Below are positions 19,990 to 29,173 of a stretch of 64,000 bases of DNA, piece by piece. Location of the stretch: contig DBBX01000003.1 of NCBI GenBank assembly GCA_002292815.1, forward strand, positions 8,160 through 72,159, given 5' to 3'. A program made the translations under genes and the position numbers. The notes beneath the pieces are model-generated. The model was not told where the DNA came from. It did no database searches and saw nothing but the letters and a program-made list of their open reading frames with translations. Source of the DNA: Thiotrichaceae bacterium UBA973 (GTDB lineage: Bacteria > Pseudomonadota > Gammaproteobacteria > Eutrophobiales > Eutrophobiaceae). Numbering within the stretch: position 1 is the stretch's first letter; every line of letters begins with the position of its first letter.

Positions 19990-20973
19990 TCATAACACAT
20001 AGATTATATTTATTAGCCACCCGACCAGCGTGAATGACATCAGCAAGAGCATAAAAATAATAACAAGTAACTTCCATGTCATCACCTGCTTTAACAAGAT
20101 AAATTCTGGAAAACTCGCTGCAACAGTACTCATGCAAAATGCCAGTGTTGTCCCCAGCGGGAGTCCCTTTAGGATTAAACTTTCCATCACAGGAATAACG
20201 CCAGTGGCATTTGAATAAAGAGGAATTCCAGCTAGGACTGCCATTGGCACAGACCACCATTGCCCGTTCCCCAAATTATCTGCAAACCATAAGTCGGGCA
20301 CAAAACCATGTAATGCTGCGCCTAAACCAACACCAATAAGCACCCACTTCCAAACACGATTTAAAATATCCAACAACTCTACTTTAGCGAAATCATGTCG
20401 CTCTCTAAACGAAAGCTTAGGTCTGATGCTGAGCTCGCCATCAGAAAACGCCGCTGTTTGATATGCCTTTAGCGCAAAAGGTTGCAGCAGTTGTTCGGCA
20501 CGAATAAGGTCAAGAAAAACTCCACCCGCTATCCCGATGGCCATTCCAACCAATACATAAATAATAGTTATTTCCAATCCTACCAAACTCAATAACAGCA
20601 ATACTGCCACCTCATTAATGAGTGGTGAGGTTAAAAGAAATGACATTGTAATACCGACAGGTATCCCTGCAGATGTGAAGCCAAGAAAAACCGGTATGCT
20701 AGAACAGGAACAAAAGGGCGTTATAGCTCCGAATGTTGCCCCCATGAGATAGCCAAGATATTTATTATTTTTTGCCAAATAATCACGCACCCTCTCAACA
20801 TTTAGTGATGCGCGAATAAGAGCAATAATATAGATCATCAAGACTAGCAGGAAAAATATCTTTGTTGTATCTTCGATAAAGAAGTGAACCGCTCCGCCTA
20901 GTTTTGAATCCGGCATGAAACCAAATATTGAGTAAGCGAGCCAATCAGCTAATATTGTGAAAATGGATAACAT
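19990..20973 (-). CDS. DUF318/ArsP-like permease
   Basis: TPFCSCSSIP, GIPVGITMSFLLTSPLINE and GIPLYSNATG. Adjacent to a thioredoxin_3 gene, as is typical. Confidence 0.9.
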   Translation of the reverse strand: MLSIFTILADWLAYSIFGFMPDSKLGGAVHFFIEDTTKIFFLLVLMIYIIALIRASLNVERVRDYLAKNNKYLGYLMGATFGAITPFCSCSSIPVFLGFTSAGIPVGITMSFLLTSPLINEVAVLLLLSLVGLEITIIYVLVGMAIGIAGGVFLDLIRAEQLLQPFALKAYQTAAFSDGELSIRPKLSFRERHDFAKVELLDILNRVWKWVLIGVGLGAALHGFVPDLWFADNLGNGQWWSVPMAVLAGIPLYSNATGVIPVMESLILKGLPLGTTLAFCMSTVAASFPEFILLKQVMTWKLLVIIFMLLLMSFTLVGWLINIIYVL

Positions 20974-21239
20974 AACGCCTCTTGAGTATTGACTAACTGT
21001 ATCTTAAGGGACACTACCTGTCCGCTAAAGCACTATAGATTTTTTACAATGAAGTTCATGTAAACCTTATTGTTCCAAACAGGTATTGCAATCAACAGAT
21101 TATAGTAGCTCTATCCAGTCCAGAGTGTCCACTTGAACTATAGACCATACGAATATCGCATTTGTCATGTCACTCAATTGCCTACAGGAATGCAAGTAAG
21201 GGCATGAACAGGAACATAGCTCCTTAATGGTAAATAACC

Positions 21240-22244
21240 CTATTCATATAGAGTTCTATTCAATAACATATCAATAAACTGTTGTTTGACCTGTTCCGAT
21301 GCAGCTCGATAATTATCGAATTTCACATGCTGACTAGAGTCATCTAGATTCATTTCTATTCCCCATAAAGGTATAATGCCAATCGGGTTCATCGAATAAC
21401 GCACATCACCTAAAACCTCAGGTCTTCCTGGATATTGGCTTACAAAATTATCAGAAAAGATTTCAAAGCGTTGAATGTCTTCGACTAGCTGAGAATTAGT
21501 ATCTAGCTCTGGAAACGTTTGTGACATATCAAATTGTTTTATTGAATTACCTTGATAGATGCGCTTTGATAAACCTACTCGTACTGCATCTATGTAAAAT
21601 GTATTTTTTGATAAGTACACTGATCGCCATAGTAAGGAATTACCAATGGTCGGTTTTACTATTATCTTTTCAATCGTGTGACCGCGTTGTGCAGCCAACT
21701 CAATTATCGAATTTTCTGCGCGATTCATTTGAAAAAGTGCAAACAATAAATAACAACCTGCTAATAAAATACCAATACGACTAAAGCTTGGTCTGAGTTT
21801 TTTATATCCAGCGATGATTGCGGCTATTAATATAATCGTGAATACAGGATCAACAATAGAAATAATATGCCATGAGATTCGTGTATCGATGAGCGGCCAT
21901 AATAAATTGGTGCCATAACTGGTACAGGCATCGATAAAACCACTTAATAGATAACCCATACAACAATAAAGATATAGATAAGCTACAGGTAGTTTATTGC
22001 GCAAAAACGGCCACAATAATAAAAAGGCAATGCCTGCACCAATAGGAATGAAGAATATTGAATGGGTGAAGTGACGATGAAACTCCAGAGACAATAATGG
22101 ATCAGCAGATGAACGAATCAAGATATCAGCATCCGCAATGACACCGGCAACTAGTCCAATAATTGTCGCTAAACGAACGTGCTCTTTTTTAGCGACAGAT
22201 TGAGCCAGCGCTGCACCTAAAACACCTTGTGTCACTATATCCAT
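21240..22244 (-). CDS. Membrane-bound metal-dependent hydrolase (YdjM/DUF457 family)
   Basis: MDIVTQGVLGA, HRHFTHS, DACTSYGT.LLWP and ISIVDP. Confidence 0.85.
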   Translation of the reverse strand: MDIVTQGVLGAALAQSVAKKEHVRLATIIGLVAGVIADADILIRSSADPLLSLEFHRHFTHSIFFIPIGAGIAFLLLWPFLRNKLPVAYLYLYCCMGYLLSGFIDACTSYGTNLLWPLIDTRISWHIISIVDPVFTIILIAAIIAGYKKLRPSFSRIGILLAGCYLLFALFQMNRAENSIIELAAQRGHTIEKIIVKPTIGNSLLWRSVYLSKNTFYIDAVRVGLSKRIYQGNSIKQFDMSQTFPELDTNSQLVEDIQRFEIFSDNFVSQYPGRPEVLGDVRYSMNPIGIIPLWGIEMNLDDSSQHVKFDNYRAASEQVKQQFIDMLLNRTLYE

Positions 22245-22251
22245 TGAGACT

Positions 22252-23127
22252 TTATATTAGGCTATCCATTGTCGCGATACAGCTTCGATAATAATTGTAA
22301 CCAAATAAAATGAAGTGATTCATTTCATGATACAAACGATACAAGCTAATGCGTTGTTCCGAACCATCCTCTAGCGGCCAGACTTCTGCATAAGCCGCTT
22401 CGCACTTGCTATCGAAACCACCAAACATTCGCATCATACCTATCTCTGCTTCACGATGACCATAATAGCTGGCCGGATCAAAGATAACCGGCTGACCCTG
22501 CTCGTTCGCAGCTGCGTTTCCCGACCATAAATCGCCATGCAAAAGCACAGCGGGTTCTTCGATATCACCTAGTAATGACTCCAGCCGAGACATCAGTTTT
22601 TCACCCTTTGCTAATAAGGGATCGTTTTTATCGGTAATCATTGCCAGTCGTTTTAATTGCATGCCTAGTCGTTGATCCCGCCAGAATGACAGCCAATCAT
22701 CTTGCCAGCTATTAATTTGCTTACTGATGCCAAGATAATTATCTTTATCAAAACCAAATCGTTCTGCTTTTGTCGCTGTATGCAATTCGGCCAGACTACG
22801 GCCCATTTGCTCTTGCCAATCGGCAGCTGGCGCACCTTCAATAAATGTTTCTATCACAATAAAGTCATCACTACAGGCTATGGGTTTTGGAACATGAATA
22901 ACGTCAGGTTCAGCTAACAGTAATAATGCATCGTATTCGGTTTCAAATAATCCCGGACGGGTTTTTGATTCAGGGTTTGTTTTTACAAAAAACTGACGAC
23001 CATCTCTTAATGTCACAATTTGGCTATTATTAATACAACCACCCTGTGCTGTTTTGCTCTCAGCAAACGCTGCCTTTTGCTCCGTGCTGGATGAGATTGC
23101 CGCTTCAACACGTGACTGAACCGTCAT
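22252..23127 (-). CDS. Fructosamine/ribulosamine kinase family protein
   Basis: GGCIN, FFVK, FGFDKDNYLG, LLHGDLWSGN and FDPASYYGHRE. Confidence 0.92.
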   Translation of the reverse strand: MTVQSRVEAAISSSTEQKAAFAESKTAQGGCINNSQIVTLRDGRQFFVKTNPESKTRPGLFETEYDALLLLAEPDVIHVPKPIACSDDFIVIETFIEGAPAADWQEQMGRSLAELHTATKAERFGFDKDNYLGISKQINSWQDDWLSFWRDQRLGMQLKRLAMITDKNDPLLAKGEKLMSRLESLLGDIEEPAVLLHGDLWSGNAAANEQGQPVIFDPASYYGHREAEIGMMRMFGGFDSKCEAAYAEVWPLEDGSEQRISLYRLYHEMNHFILFGYNYYRSCIATMDSLI

Positions 23128-23621
23128 TTGTTATTTAATATTTCAAGACAATGGGACATCATCATTGGACAAGCAGATTCGATCATATCTATCACTTTCT
23201 CAAATCCAGTATTGCCACCGTAGTAAGGATCGGGAACTGAAGGCGCATCATAATTATCTGAATATCCGTCAATAAAAGAACCTAATAAACGGAGGTGTTG
23301 TTGTGGACCTCCTGCCAGAGATTCCAATTCAATTAGATTGTCTGTGTCCATCGCTACAATCAGATCAAAAGTATCGATATCTTGTTCCGTCACTTTGCGT
23401 GCAAGAGATTTAAGGTGATAGCCTCGTTTTTTAGCTACCTCACGCATGCGAACATCAGCAGGTTCTCCTGTGTGATAGGCAATGGTGCCTGCTGAGTCCA
23501 GATGAAATTGATCGGCGTTGCCATTATGTTCAACATAATGTTGAAAAACGCCCTCGCCTGTTGGTGAACGACAGATATTGCCCATACATACAAAAAGAAC
23601 TGATATTTTAGGTTTTCCCAT
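23124..23621 (-). CDS. Low-molecular-weight protein-tyrosine phosphatase
   Basis: VCMGNICRSP P-loop, DSAGT and VPDPYYGG. Confidence 0.93.
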   Translation of the reverse strand: MGKPKISVLFVCMGNICRSPTGEGVFQHYVEHNGNADQFHLDSAGTIAYHTGEPADVRMREVAKKRGYHLKSLARKVTEQDIDTFDLIVAMDTDNLIELESLAGGPQQHLRLLGSFIDGYSDNYDAPSVPDPYYGGNTGFEKVIDMIESACPMMMSHCLEILNNK

Positions 23622-23675
23622 ATTTAGTTATTATTCGTATAGGCTAAAGATATATCGATTATGTTCAACGCAGAG

Positions 23676-24107
23676 TTACAAGTAGATTGTATCTGCTTGG
23701 TCTTGCTCTTTCGGCATCACCGGACATTCTAGTGAGGCACTGCAAGGAAAGGCTGCTCTTAGAGCAGCTGACACCAAACCACCAGCAGCGTTGTGTAGCA
23801 CGTCTGGGTGGGCCTCCAAAAACTTAACAACGATAACAACAAGTTTCCCTACACTAATACCCTCTGGCCTACAAAAAATTGGCTCTACAAGCCCTGATTT
23901 TGTATAGGCATGATGGGTGTCTGCTGCTGATTGAAGATAGCCAAAACATAAGTTTGTATCTGATGAGTTATAATTAGCATCTCCGTTCGCTCCCTTTATA
24001 GCTTCCTTACACTTGCTTAGTAATTGATCCCCGTCTAGATACGAATCAGCAGCATAAATAGGCATTGATAGATTCAGCAGTAAGAAAGCTAATATTATTC
24101 TTTTCAT
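23676..24107 (-). CDS. Rap1a/Tai-family immunity-like exported protein
   Basis: Signal peptide; G.QLLSKC, CFGY, FC.P, VVKFL..HP..LH..A and AL..AFPC. Start refined to MKRII. Confidence 0.75.
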   Translation of the reverse strand: MKRIILAFLLLNLSMPIYAADSYLDGDQLLSKCKEAIKGANGDANYNSSDTNLCFGYLQSAADTHHAYTKSGLVEPIFCRPEGISVGKLVVIVVKFLEAHPDVLHNAAGGLVSAALRAAFPCSASLECPVMPKEQDQADTIYL

Positions 24108-24130
24108 GTGTGGTTCGTAGTTAGTGTCCA

Positions 24131-24448
24131 TTAATCAACGATGGGCTGGACTAAAACCCAAGGCTTAATCACTACAGCCCAGACTGTCACATTGCTTTCA
24201 TGCCATGCACTCGCCTGCTCATCACTGACATTGCCAACCAAGCCGTCTTTCATCCAGTCTTCGAATTGAGTTTTGTCGTCGTTGGATAATACCGTGGCTA
24301 CTTTGATTAAATCTATTTTATGCGAGACATAGATCGCCATTCCTTTAGCAAAGAAAGGTAATAAATCACTCCATGCCATTTTAGAGGTTTCCCGGTTAAT
24401 TTTATGCAACAGGTTCTCACCTGTTTCTTCATTACTGTTTTCTGTCAT
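24131..24448 (-). CDS. DUF2288 family protein
   Basis: ET..MAW.DL..FFA.G and WAVVIKPWVLVQ. Confidence 0.85.
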   Translation of the reverse strand: MTENSNEETGENLLHKINRETSKMAWSDLLPFFAKGMAIYVSHKIDLIKVATVLSNDDKTQFEDWMKDGLVGNVSDEQASAWHESNVTVWAVVIKPWVLVQPIVD

Positions 24449-24679
24449 CTCAATACAATCAAATTTGAATTATGTTGTTGATTATAACGACAAGGGAACT
24501 GTTATAGAAATCACAATTCTCCTGCCAGGTTATTGATTTATCTCTGGCATATAGATTAAATCATGGTCGTTGTTTTCGAGTGATAATCGATAAACACTTT
24601 TGCTAAAATCCATAAATAATTCAACAAAGTGATACATAAATTGCGATAATATCAGATAAATAATGAATTAAGGCTTTAC

Positions 24680-25228
24680 ATGAACGATATAAAAGAAGTT
24701 CCCAACGAACCTGAAAATATAGTTATCTCCCAAACTGTTGCCATTTTAGTAGACGGCAACAATATAGAGCGCAGCATTCACACAGAAGCAAATGACACCA
24801 ATACCATGCTCAACTTTGATGCATTGATACCAAAATTATTGGTTAATCGTGGGCTCAGCCGTCTGGTTTACTTTCGGGAAGGAAAACACATTTCAAATAA
24901 ACTTCAGGAACGTTTACATAATTTTTATCATGGCTCAGTTCGACCTTGTCATAAAAGCGCAGATATCCCACTTTCGATTAATGCCATCCAATTAGCCAAT
25001 AAAGTTGACACCATTATTATCATGTCTGGTGATTCTGACTATATAGAACTGGTTAGACATCTAAAATCAGAAGGCGTGCGCGTAGAAATAGCCGCAGTAG
25101 CAAGCACAACTTCGAGATTTATAGTTGAAGAAGCGGACCATTTCCATGAGATAACCAAGGAAGACTGGTTTACACTGCCCCCGAAAAAACCACAAAAACG
25201 ACGCAATAAAAAAGCAGACGCCTCTTAA
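24680..25228 (+). CDS. NYN/LabA-DUF88 (PIN-like) domain protein
   Basis: VDGNN, KSAD, MSGDSDY..LV..LK.EG..VE and AD.F. Confidence 0.88.
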   Translation: MNDIKEVPNEPENIVISQTVAILVDGNNIERSIHTEANDTNTMLNFDALIPKLLVNRGLSRLVYFREGKHISNKLQERLHNFYHGSVRPCHKSADIPLSINAIQLANKVDTIIIMSGDSDYIELVRHLKSEGVRVEIAAVASTTSRFIVEEADHFHEITKEDWFTLPPKKPQKRRNKKADAS

Positions 25229-25248
25229 CGAAAAGCTATTGTTATCTG

Positions 25249-25262
25249 TTGATCTGGATCAA
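25249..25262 (+). promoter_or_regulatory. FNR/Anr-type binding site
   Basis: TTGAT-CTGG-ATCAA, an exact consensus match, with CATAAT starting at 25285 (class II spacing). Confidence 0.75.
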
Positions 25263-25324
25263 CGTACTGCTGACAAATTATTTACATAATAATCTTATAT
25301 TTAATCAATTAGGAGACGACAATA

Positions 25325-25612
25325 ATGCTAACTTTTGAAGACTGCCTGGCTCTTTGCGATCTTACCGTAGATGAAATCGCAGCTATTGCAGAGCATGAAC
25401 ATCTGCCAGATATGGCAGCGCTTGGATATGGTGAATATTTGATTCACGGCCCAGATGGAGAACAACACATCAAACGAATGATCGTTGAAGATATAGAAAA
25501 CGCCAAAGCCAGTGGAAATCTGAAACATGCCGAGGAACTTGAGGCAATACTCAAAACATTTATTCTACATCATCCAAAATTACAGGTTTTACTAGAAGCA
25601 AGGACTAAATAG
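25325..25612 (+). CDS. Conserved hypothetical protein (MLT.EDC...CDL...EI.AIAEHEH type)
   Basis: AGGAG RBS; recurrent small-protein pattern; downstream of an FNR box. Confidence 0.75.
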   Translation: MLTFEDCLALCDLTVDEIAAIAEHEHLPDMAALGYGEYLIHGPDGEQHIKRMIVEDIENAKASGNLKHAEELEAILKTFILHHPKLQVLLEARTK

Positions 25613-25647
25613 TACTACTCTAGCTGTCTTTAACAGAGAACGAAATT

Positions 25648-26130
25648 ATGACGTCATTAACCCGAGCATTACTCTTTTTCATTTTAATTTTCACTACATC
25701 AATCAGTAATGGTCAGGATGACAATAGTAATTCTGATAGGAATGGTCCTATCGCTCATGCTGAAGCAAGCGAACGATTAACAATAATCATGCGTCGCTTG
25801 TTTTCAGTAGTGCATGAAGAACGCATTGAAGAAAATCTTGATCTAACAAAGGCTGATCTGTCTGACCTATTAGAAGCAGTCGAAGAATTGATTTTTTACT
25901 CTGAATTAATGTCGGCAAAGGTTCCTGAATCAGAGTTAGAAGTACACGACCAGGTTATCTTTAGAGCCTTGGCAAGTCAGCTCTATGATGAATCATTGAA
26001 TATTCAACAATTAACAAAGAATTATAATATTGATCATGCAGATAGTACTAAAGATAATATCTTTTATGATGCAACTGAACGTTTGAACCAAACCTGCGCT
26101 GCTTGTCATCAATTGTTTAGAGATAAATAG
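25648..26130 (+). CDS. Periplasmic four-helix c-type cytochrome (cytochrome c'-like)
   Basis: Signal peptide, helical body and C-terminal CAACHQLFR. Confidence 0.75.
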   Translation: MTSLTRALLFFILIFTTSISNGQDDNSNSDRNGPIAHAEASERLTIIMRRLFSVVHEERIEENLDLTKADLSDLLEAVEELIFYSELMSAKVPESELEVHDQVIFRALASQLYDESLNIQQLTKNYNIDHADSTKDNIFYDATERLNQTCAACHQLFRDK

Positions 26131-26183
26131 TTAGTTACTCAAGAACCTACCCTTTCCAATATTCGATACTGATATAACTGGCT

Positions 26184-26519
26184 CTAGTCGCAAGGATAAT
26201 TAGACGATAAAATTATTCCCGCAGCCATTTCTGCAGGTATAGACTGCAATTCTGATTGCGCCTTTAAACCAGCAACGATGATCTTTGCTAATAACTCTTC
26301 TGATTCATTACCGGTTAGACAGACACGTGGCATGGCAAGATCTTTTCCATGATGACAATCACATGGTGTAACGTACCAAGAACACATCATGCCAGTTGAA
26401 CCATGAAAACCGTTTGCTAACGAATCCTCACAAGCTGCGAGCAGGTCATTTGCTGATGGTGCAGCATAAATATCAGCGCATATCATGAATAAAAGGCCGA
26501 ACCATATAAGCTTTTTCAT
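26184..26519 (-). CDS. Exported Cys-rich protein, Rap1a/Tai-like
   Basis: Signal peptide; ANDLLAAC, C.WY, VCL and C-terminal YPC. Confidence 0.55.
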   Translation of the reverse strand: MKKLIWFGLLFMICADIYAAPSANDLLAACEDSLANGFHGSTGMMCSWYVTPCDCHHGKDLAMPRVCLTGNESEELLAKIIVAGLKAQSELQSIPAEMAAGIILSSNYPCD

Positions 26520-26684
26520 ACATTTCTAACCCGCTCAGCTGCATTTAATTAAATCAAATTTGAAAAATTGATCTTAGATCTGCATAGTAGCGCTTTTTAT
26601 CAATCTCAATAAGTCCTGATTATTCTGGCATTCTGCATTTTATGGCCAGACTGGGTAGGCATTTAAACAATACTGGAGAAAGAC

Positions 26685-27167
26685 GTGCAGCTCACAAAAG
26701 ACAAGGTCGCAAATATCAACTATACGCTGAAAGATAAAGACAGCAACATTATGGACGAATCTACTGATGGTACTTTTACCTATCTGCATGGTGCAAAAAA
26801 CCTCATTCCTGCGCTTGAAGATGCGTTAGAAGGGAAAGAGGCCGGTGATAAAGCCAATGTGGTTGTCGCCCCTGAAAATGCTTACGGTGAGCGTGATGAG
26901 CAAAAAATACAGCGTGTTCCCAGAAAAATGTTCCCGGTAGATCAAGAACTAGAGGTAGGTATGCCATTTAGCTCTGCTACACCTGATGGAACAGCTGTAA
27001 ATGTAGTTATTACCGCGATAGAAGAAACTGAAGTCGTCATCGACGGTAATCACCCTTTAGCTGGTGTGGAATTACATTTTGATATCGAAGTTATTGGTGT
27101 TAGAGATGCCTCTAAAGAAGAGCTCGAACACGGTCACGTTCATGGTCCTGGTGGTCATCAGCACTGA
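26685..27167 (+). CDS. slyD: FKBP-type peptidyl-prolyl isomerase SlyD
   Basis: YLHGAKNLIPALE, PENAYG, DGNHPLAG and His-rich tail HGHVHGPGGHQH. Confidence 0.93.
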   Translation: MQLTKDKVANINYTLKDKDSNIMDESTDGTFTYLHGAKNLIPALEDALEGKEAGDKANVVVAPENAYGERDEQKIQRVPRKMFPVDQELEVGMPFSSATPDGTAVNVVITAIEETEVVIDGNHPLAGVELHFDIEVIGVRDASKEELEHGHVHGPGGHQH

Positions 27168-27190
27168 ACTCAATAGATCGGTAAACTATT

Positions 27191-27538
27191 ATGATGCTTC
27201 AGGACTTTCTGGATAAGTTGCATACAGATCCCGAGTCAATCGAGTTTGCTGAGACAATTGAGACTATTGAATCAAACTACGAATACACGCCAACAAATTT
27301 CACCAATGGAACTCAGCTTAATAAAGCCGGTGAAAATGAGGGTTCTTCTAAAATATTGGCCTTTGCATATATTAATAATCTGACCGTCACAGAAACATTA
27401 AATTGCTTTGGCCATTATTTTCGTGAAGATGTAATAGGTAACCCAGCAGGTGATGATCATCAAAATATACGGCAATTTATTTTAGATGGCTTTGAAGGCG
27501 TGAAATTTGATGTTTTGCCATTACAATTTAAACCCTAA
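27191..27538 (+). CDS. HopJ type III effector-like family protein
   Basis: PT.F.NG...N.AGENEGS.KI, L.CFG and DHQNIRQF. Confidence 0.85.
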   Translation: MMLQDFLDKLHTDPESIEFAETIETIESNYEYTPTNFTNGTQLNKAGENEGSSKILAFAYINNLTVTETLNCFGHYFREDVIGNPAGDDHQNIRQFILDGFEGVKFDVLPLQFKP

Positions 27539-27566
27539 ATAGACTCATCGTTAAACTCAGCCATTA

Positions 27567-28763
27567 CTAAACAACCAATCCGGCGACATACCCCGAAGAC
27601 CAGGCCCACTGAAAATTATATCCACCAAGATGTCCTGTAACATCGACTGCTTCACCAATAAAGTATAATCCTGATTGATTTTTAACCTCCATCGTCTGTG
27701 AAGATAAATAGTTTGTATCAACGCCACCCATCGTCACTTCTGCTGTTCGATAGCCTTCAGTTCCCGATGGTTTAATTTCCCAGGCCGACAATTTTTCTGC
27801 TATTTCTTTTAGTCTTTTATCAGAAAAATCCGTCATCAGTTTATAGTGTTCATTCGGCCAGAATAAACCTTGAAGCTCTATAACCAGTTTTTTTGCCAGA
27901 TATTGTGACAAATAATTCCGTAATAATATTTTTGGACTGTGTTGCTTGGCTTTTATTAATAACGATCCAACATCTTCATTTGGCAATAAATTGATATGAA
28001 TGCTTTCCCCGGGATTCCAGTAACTGGATAATTGCAAGGCTGCTGGCCCACTTATCCCCCGATGTGTAAATAGGATGCTTTCCTGAAATTCTTTATTGCC
28101 CGTTGATAAGACAACTTCTTGTGACACACCGCTTAATCGTTCGGAGACATCTTTAAAACTATCGCTAAAGGTAAATGGCACAAGCCCTGCCCGCGTCGGG
28201 ATAAGCGGGATATTAAATTGCTTAGCCACGTTATAAGCAAAATTACTTGCACCCATTTTTGGGATTGATAAACCACCCGAGGCAATGACCAGACTACTTG
28301 CCCTGAACTTACCAAGCTTAGTGTTCAAGATATAATGATTATCCGCATTATGTTCAGGTGCGGTAATCGTTTTCACTTCACAGTGCGTCTTTATCACCAC
28401 GCCAGCCTGTTCACATTCCTTAACAAGCATCGTCAGTATTTCTTTGGACGACCCTTTGCAAAATAATTGTCCATGCTTACGTTCTTCATAGGCTATGCCA
28501 TGCTTCTCAACCAAACCTATGAAATCCCATTGCATGTAACGACTTAGAGCAGACTTACAAAAGTGTAGGTTCCTGGACAGGAAACACTCAGGTTCAATAT
28601 TCAAATTGGTGAAATTACATCGCCCACCACCAGACATCAGAATTTTCTTGCCTATCTTATTACTGCTATCAAGAACAAGCACACTGCGACCACGTTGGCC
28701 CGCAGTAATAGCACAAAATTGACCTGACGCACCACCACCTATAATAATGACATCAAAGATCAT
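27567..28763 (-). CDS. HI0933/BaiN (YhiN) family flavoprotein
   Basis: GKKILMSGGGRCNFTN, LFTHRGISGP, AEVTMGGV and GGYNFQWAWSSG. Confidence 0.92.
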   Translation of the reverse strand: MIFDVIIIGGGASGQFCAITAGQRGRSVLVLDSSNKIGKKILMSGGGRCNFTNLNIEPECFLSRNLHFCKSALSRYMQWDFIGLVEKHGIAYEERKHGQLFCKGSSKEILTMLVKECEQAGVVIKTHCEVKTITAPEHNADNHYILNTKLGKFRASSLVIASGGLSIPKMGASNFAYNVAKQFNIPLIPTRAGLVPFTFSDSFKDVSERLSGVSQEVVLSTGNKEFQESILFTHRGISGPAALQLSSYWNPGESIHINLLPNEDVGSLLIKAKQHSPKILLRNYLSQYLAKKLVIELQGLFWPNEHYKLMTDFSDKRLKEIAEKLSAWEIKPSGTEGYRTAEVTMGGVDTNYLSSQTMEVKNQSGLYFIGEAVDVTGHLGGYNFQWAWSSGYVAGLVV

Positions 28764-28789
28764 AAATTAAGCTGTATGACTGTTCAGGT

Positions 28790-29116
28790 TTATAAAAATG
28801 AACAACAATAATCCACAATATCAAGCGCACGAATATCAAATGACGAATTGCCAGACACATTGAATTCACCGTCTTGCTTGACTGTTTTCCAGTCATCATT
28901 TTCATCTAAACGATATTCAGCGACACCTGAGATTATCTTCATATGTTCAGGGGCATCGGTATTAAAATGATATTCACCAGGTAGCAATATGCCGAGCGTC
29001 TTTTTTGAACCATCCGGGAAAAGAATGCTACGGCTAGTAACCTTGCCATCAAAATAAATGTTTGCTTCAATCACGACAGAGACTTGATCAAATGTGCTCA
29101 CTTTTAAATACTCCAA
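28790..29116 (-). CDS. ppnP: Pyrimidine/purine nucleoside phosphorylase PpnP (DUF1255)
   Basis: ANIYFDGKVTSR...DGSKKTLG..LPGEY.F.T and YCCSF. Confidence 0.88.
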   Translation of the reverse strand: MEYLKVSTFDQVSVVIEANIYFDGKVTSRSILFPDGSKKTLGILLPGEYHFNTDAPEHMKIISGVAEYRLDENDDWKTVKQDGEFNVSGNSSFDIRALDIVDYCCSFL

Positions 29117-29173
29117 TAGAAAATATAACGAACTGTATAATACCGTACACTTGAGTTTATTATTGTAATTTTA

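Noticed and set aside
20974..21239. arsR remnant upstream of the ArsP-like permease
   Set aside because: No ArsR-like HTH sequence could be recognised in the minus-strand sequence.
27191..27538. HopJ as evidence of a type III secretion or virulence island
   Set aside because: The family is widespread in non-pathogenic marine bacteria, and no T3SS genes are present in the window.
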